Source: an uncultured Veillonellaceae bacterium (lineage in GTDB: Bacteria; Bacillota; Negativicutes; JARBTT01). Taken from it: 64,000 bases of DNA. The notes under the pieces were generated by a model. That model was given only the letters and a program-made list of their open reading frames with translations, did not search any database and was not told the DNA's origin. The stretch lies in contig CAWDTA010000005.1 of the NCBI GenBank assembly GCA_963805085.1, forward strand, positions 672,001 through 736,000, read 5' to 3'. The translations under genes and the position numbers were made by a program. This document shows, piece by piece, positions 59,877-64,000 of this stretch (its first letter is position 1; each line of letters opens with the position of its first letter).

Positions 59877-60239
59877 ATGGCGATAAGAGTTTTAGTTGTT
59901 GATGATGCGGCATTCATGAGAATGATGGTAAAAGATATTTTAAGTAAAAATGGTTATGAAATTGTTGGTGAAGCTGAAAATGGTTTAAAAGCTATAGAAA
60001 AATACCAAGAGTTGAAACCAGATTTAACTACAATGGATATTACAATGCCAGAAATGGATGGTATTAGTGCAGTAAAAGAAATTAAGAAAATTGATGCAAA
60101 TGCAAAAGTTATTATGTGTAGTGCAATGGGACAACAAGCTATGGTTATTGAAGCAATTCAAGCTGGGGCGAGAGACTTCATTGTGAAACCTTTTCAACCG
60201 GATCGCGTTTTAGAAGCTGTACGTAAAGCTGTAGGTTAA
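59877..60239 (+). CDS. cheY: Chemotaxis response regulator CheY
   Basis: VDDAAFMR, MDITMPEMDG, FIVKPF. Confidence 0.96.
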   Translation: MAIRVLVVDDAAFMRMMVKDILSKNGYEIVGEAENGLKAIEKYQELKPDLTTMDITMPEMDGISAVKEIKKIDANAKVIMCSAMGQQAMVIEAIQAGARDFIVKPFQPDRVLEAVRKAVG

Positions 60240-60242
60240 GGT

Positions 60243-60809
60243 ATGCTTAGCAAGAAAAAAAGTGTGTTAGTCATGATGGTTTGCGTAGTATTTGTTTTTT
60301 GTGCAGTGTCTGTATCTTTGGTACAGGCCGCACAAGAAGCACCTAGTCAAAGTAGTGGTTATCTTTCTAATTATCAGGATACTTCTACCGCTCAGCCGGC
60401 ACAATCATCGTGGTTATCTACAGTTGCATATTTAATTAGCTTAGTAATGGTGTTTGTTTTTGTAGTTGGACTGGCTTACTTCGCCTCACGGTTTTTAGGA
60501 AAAAAATTTGGATCTGTGAATTTAGGTAAGTCAAATAAAATACTGGAGAGTCTGCAATTTGGTACAAATCAAGCTATCTATGTTGTTGAAATAGCTGGGG
60601 AGGTTTTACTAATTGGTGTGACTGATCACAATATTACTTTACTAAATAAGATTACTGATGAGTTAGAAATTGGCAAACTTCGTAGTCAAGCAGATTTTAA
60701 TTTTGCTAATGAAAGTTTTAATCATATGTTTGAAAATCAATTAGTGTCTTTAGAGCGGATGGCACGAAAAGTTCCCAATATTTTAAATATCAATAGAGAT
60801 CGTAAATAG
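60243..60809 (+). CDS. fliO: Flagellar biosynthesis protein FliO/FliZ
   Basis: Signal/TM segments, VVEIAGEVLLIGVTDHNITLL; synteny. Confidence 0.85.
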   Translation: MLSKKKSVLVMMVCVVFVFCAVSVSLVQAAQEAPSQSSGYLSNYQDTSTAQPAQSSWLSTVAYLISLVMVFVFVVGLAYFASRFLGKKFGSVNLGKSNKILESLQFGTNQAIYVVEIAGEVLLIGVTDHNITLLNKITDELEIGKLRSQADFNFANESFNHMFENQLVSLERMARKVPNILNINRDRK

Positions 60810-60825
60810 AGAAGAGGTAGAGTCG

Positions 60826-61581
60826 GTGTTTAAACAACAGCATGTTGTTTTGTTAGTAATACTGCTTATGCTATTCGTAGTGCCAGCTGGCGTTTCTGCG
60901 GCACCTTTAATTCCTAATATTAATATCGGGGTTAGCTCTGCAGACAATCCACAAGATGTAGCTGTTAGTTTACAAGTCTTAGGTGTGTTAACTGTTTTAT
61001 CAATTGCACCTTCGATATTGATAATGACTACATCTTTTGTTCGAGTAATGGTAGTTTTATCTTTCTTGCGTAATGCACTAGGAACGCAAAATATGCCGCC
61101 TAACCAAGTAGTTGTTGCGTTATCGTTGTTTTTGACTTTTTTTATTATGTCTCCTTATCTTACACAAGCAAATGACAATGGTCTACAGCCGTATTTGGCA
61201 GGTAAGATTACGCAGGAAAAGGCACTCACGGAAGTAGTAAATCCAATCCGCGAGTTTATGTTTAAACAAACACGTGAATCAGACTTAGCTTTATTTGTAA
61301 ATCTTTCTCAAGCACCTAGACCTGATTCACAAAGTGAAGTATCCACATTTACTTTAATACCAGCCTTTGTTATTAGTGAACTAAAGACTGCATTTCAAAT
61401 TGGCTTTATGATCTATATACCGTTTATTGTTATTGATATGATTGTAGCAAGCGTATTGATGTCTATGGGGATGATGATGCTTCCACCGACAATGATTTCA
61501 TTACCCTTTAAAATCTTATTATTCGTTATGGTAGATGGCTGGCATTTATTAATTCAGTCACTGATAAGTACTTTTAAATAG
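60826..61581 (+). CDS. fliP: Flagellar export gate FliP
   Basis: MTTSFVR, PPNQV, PAFVISELKTAF, LPFKILLFVMVDGW. Confidence 0.97.
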   Translation: MFKQQHVVLLVILLMLFVVPAGVSAAPLIPNINIGVSSADNPQDVAVSLQVLGVLTVLSIAPSILIMTTSFVRVMVVLSFLRNALGTQNMPPNQVVVALSLFLTFFIMSPYLTQANDNGLQPYLAGKITQEKALTEVVNPIREFMFKQTRESDLALFVNLSQAPRPDSQSEVSTFTLIPAFVISELKTAFQIGFMIYIPFIVIDMIVASVLMSMGMMMLPPTMISLPFKILLFVMVDGWHLLIQSLISTFK

Positions 61582-61592
61582 GAGCTGATAAT

Positions 61593-61862
61593 GTGTCTAA
61601 TGATGTAGTAATCCAATTGGGACAAGAAGCTTTAATGATGGTTATGTTGGTATCAGCACCGATGTTAGGATTAGGCTTGTTAGTGGGGATTTTAGTTAGT
61701 ATTTTTCAGGCAACGACTCAAATTCAAGAACAAACGTTAGCTTTTATTCCTAAAATCATTGCAGTTTTTCTTGCTATTGTAATTTTTGGCCCATGGATGC
61801 TTAGACTGTTAACTGATTATGTTAGAAATATATTTATAGGATTGCCTGGATTTATTGGCTAA
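61593..61862 (+). CDS. fliQ: Flagellar export gate FliQ
   Basis: FQATTQIQEQTLAFIPK. Confidence 0.97.
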   Translation: MSNDVVIQLGQEALMMVMLVSAPMLGLGLLVGILVSIFQATTQIQEQTLAFIPKIIAVFLAIVIFGPWMLRLLTDYVRNIFIGLPGFIG

Positions 61863-61865
61863 TAG

Positions 61866-62657
61866 GTGGAAAAATTGGATGTATTGAATTTATTACAAAA
61901 TCAATTGGGCTTATATTTGCTGGTACTAACGAGAATTAGTGGTATTTTTATTATATCTCCATTTTTAGGAAGTAGTAATATTCCGGCTGTGATTAGAGCC
62001 AGTGCTGCTATTGCAATTTCGTTAGTACTATTTCCAGTCATACAATTAAAGACGGGAACGGTTATTCCAAATTCGTTAATTGGTTATATTATTGTCGTTT
62101 GTACAGAGCTTTTTATTGGTTGGATCATCGGATTTATAGCTTCGTTAACTTTTTCAGCTATTCGGATGGCAGGACAAATATTAGATATGCAAGTTGGTTT
62201 TGCTATGGTCAATGTACTAGATCCAACAACAGGACAACAGATACCATTAATCGGTAGTTTTAAATACAATTTAGCAATTATTGTTTTTCTTGTAACTAAT
62301 AGTCATCATTTATTATTAACAGGTCTATTTGATAGTTTTCGATTGATTCCGGTTTTAGGTAGTCCATTTTCGGTCAGTATTACAAAATTAGTTGTTGATA
62401 TGGTTGCGGGGTCGTTTGCTGTTGCTATAAAAATAAGCTTACCAGTATTGGTGGCAATTACTTTGACTGATGTAGCGTTAGGGGTTTTAGCACGAACGAT
62501 GCCGCAAATGAATATTTTCGTTGTGGGTATTCCTGCAAAGATCTTCGTTGGTTTATTTGTATTGGCCTTTGCTTTACCGTTTTACATCTTGTTTTTGGAC
62601 GTGGCGTTTAATGAAATGTATGGAAATATTTATATTATATTACGAGCTATGGAGTAA
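61866..62657 (+). CDS. fliR: Flagellar export gate FliR
   Basis: AGQILDMQVGF, PQMNIFVVGIP. Confidence 0.96.
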   Translation: MEKLDVLNLLQNQLGLYLLVLTRISGIFIISPFLGSSNIPAVIRASAAIAISLVLFPVIQLKTGTVIPNSLIGYIIVVCTELFIGWIIGFIASLTFSAIRMAGQILDMQVGFAMVNVLDPTTGQQIPLIGSFKYNLAIIVFLVTNSHHLLLTGLFDSFRLIPVLGSPFSVSITKLVVDMVAGSFAVAIKISLPVLVAITLTDVALGVLARTMPQMNIFVVGIPAKIFVGLFVLAFALPFYILFLDVAFNEMYGNIYIILRAME

Positions 62658-63759
62658 ACCTGAAAACAAAAACACAAATAAAATTGAATTTTGTTTTGAT
62701 TTACAATTATTTAATGGTGAAAAAACAGAAGAAGCAACATCCAAAAAGAAAGATGATGCTAAAAGTAAGGGACAAGTAGGAAAAAGTCAGGAAATAAATT
62801 CTACTTTTATTTTGCTAATGGCTTTTTTTTCACTTAAAATTTTGGGTGGTTATATTTATGAGCAAATAGCGAATTATATGATGTTTGTTTTTTCTAATTT
62901 ACCAGCGGACATCACATCAGAAATAGTGATGAATATTTTTATTGATGTTCTGAAAGTGTTGGCAAAAACAACTTTGCCAATTATGCTTTCAATTATGGTT
63001 GTTGCTGTTATTGTAAATTTATTCCAAGTTGGTATCAATTTTACATTGGAACCAATTATGCCAAAACTTAGTAAGCTTGATCCTATGGCGGGTGCTCAAC
63101 GGATGTTTTCAAAAAATTCATTGGTTGAGCTTATAAAATCAATTTTTAAAATTATTATTATTGGATATTTTATTATTCGTTTTTTAAAAGAAGAAATGAC
63201 CCAGTTACCCAAGTTGATTTATGCAGATATTTTTGTAGCTTTACATACAGTATCGTTGTTAATTTTCAGTTTGGTATTTCAAATATGTGAGGTATTATTG
63301 GTGCTTGCAGCAATCGACTATCTTTATCAAAAATGGCAACATGCTGAAAGTTTAAAAATGAGTAAGCAAGACGTCAAAGAGGAAGCAAAACAGTCTGATG
63401 GTAATCCTCAGGTTAAAGCGAAAATTAAGCAAAAGCAAAGGGCTATAGCGATGCAACGTATGATGCAGGAAGTACCTAAAGCTGATGTAATCGTTACGAA
63501 TCCAACGCATTTCGCTGTTGCATTGAAATATGAAAAAGGAATGATGGCACCAGTTATTGTTGCAAAGGGTCGCGATTTGATTGCACAACGTATTAAGACT
63601 ATTGCAAAAGAAGCTAGGGTTGTTATCGTTGAAAATAAACCGCTTGCACGGGCTTTGTATGCTACTGCCGAGATTGGCGATGTAGTACCACAAGAACTTT
63701 ATAAATCTGTTGCAGAAGTTCTAGCATACGTTTATAGGTTAAAAAAGAAATTGTCGTAA
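62620..63759 (+). CDS. flhB: Flagellar export protein FlhB (start uncertain)
   Basis: DLQLFNGEKTEEAT, KMSKQDVKEE, NPTH autocleavage motif. Confidence 0.95.
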   Translation: MEIFILYYELWSKPENKNTNKIEFCFDLQLFNGEKTEEATSKKKDDAKSKGQVGKSQEINSTFILLMAFFSLKILGGYIYEQIANYMMFVFSNLPADITSEIVMNIFIDVLKVLAKTTLPIMLSIMVVAVIVNLFQVGINFTLEPIMPKLSKLDPMAGAQRMFSKNSLVELIKSIFKIIIIGYFIIRFLKEEMTQLPKLIYADIFVALHTVSLLIFSLVFQICEVLLVLAAIDYLYQKWQHAESLKMSKQDVKEEAKQSDGNPQVKAKIKQKQRAIAMQRMMQEVPKADVIVTNPTHFAVALKYEKGMMAPVIVAKGRDLIAQRIKTIAKEARVVIVENKPLARALYATAEIGDVVPQELYKSVAEVLAYVYRLKKKLS

Positions 63760-63789
63760 TAAACTGCACAGGGTGAGGAGCGAAAAATT

Positions 63790-64000
63790 TTGGCTACACA
63801 AACTTCTTCTATGGGATTTATAAAAAAATATAGTGATATCATTGTAGCACTTGCTATCATCACAATCGTTATTATGATGATCATTCCGCTGCCTACCATA
63901 TTATTGGATTTATTATTATGTGTTAATATTACGTTAGCGTTAGTAATTATTATGGTTGCAATTTATAATGTTGAACCACTTGATTTTTCAGTATTTCCAT
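63790..64000 (+). CDS. flhA: Flagellar export protein FlhA, N-terminus (partial)
   Basis: TTG after GAGGAG; MMIIPLPTILLDLLL...PLDFSVFP. Confidence 0.92.
   Translation, partial: MATQTSSMGFIKKYSDIIVALAIITIVIMMIIPLPTILLDLLLCVNITLALVIIMVAIYNVEPLDFSVFP

Overview
Mostly core chromosome of a low-GC, flagellated, probably endospore-forming Negativicute (a diderm Firmicute; inferred from an LptA/OstA-like protein, pro-sigmaK and several SigH-type promoters). Left to right: pgpH(3' end)-ybeY-dgkA-era-DUF502-yqzL-recO; a Gly T-box with glyQS; lptA-like; dgt; dnaG-rpoD (rpoD has a 1-nt frameshift, probably a sequencing error); tRNAs Asn/Ile2/Glu; a ~5.3 kb accessory block (exported protein, GntR regulator, ATC-hydrolase-family protein, CyuA/YhaM-like cysteine desulfidase, YkvI-like membrane protein); tRNA-Val; trmK-nif3; a TPP riboswitch with thiSGHFE; RNase P RNA; a polar amino-acid ABC transporter; a GT2 glycosyltransferase; a c-di-AMP riboswitch with an NlpC/P60 hydrolase; sigK; a nicotinate PRTase-like gene; folPBK-GT28; dprA-topA-trmFO-hslVU-codY; and the fla/che operon from flgB to the start of flhA. 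The standout is that sigK is split by a very small (2,774 bp) skin-like element. It is bounded by a TAATGAA direct repeat, has a 15-bp imperfect attP inverted repeat centred on a GA dinucleotide, and carries only a large serine recombinase, a divergent 63-aa candidate directionality factor and one HEAT-like cargo gene. Excision would restore a 233-aa pro-sigmaK in frame.
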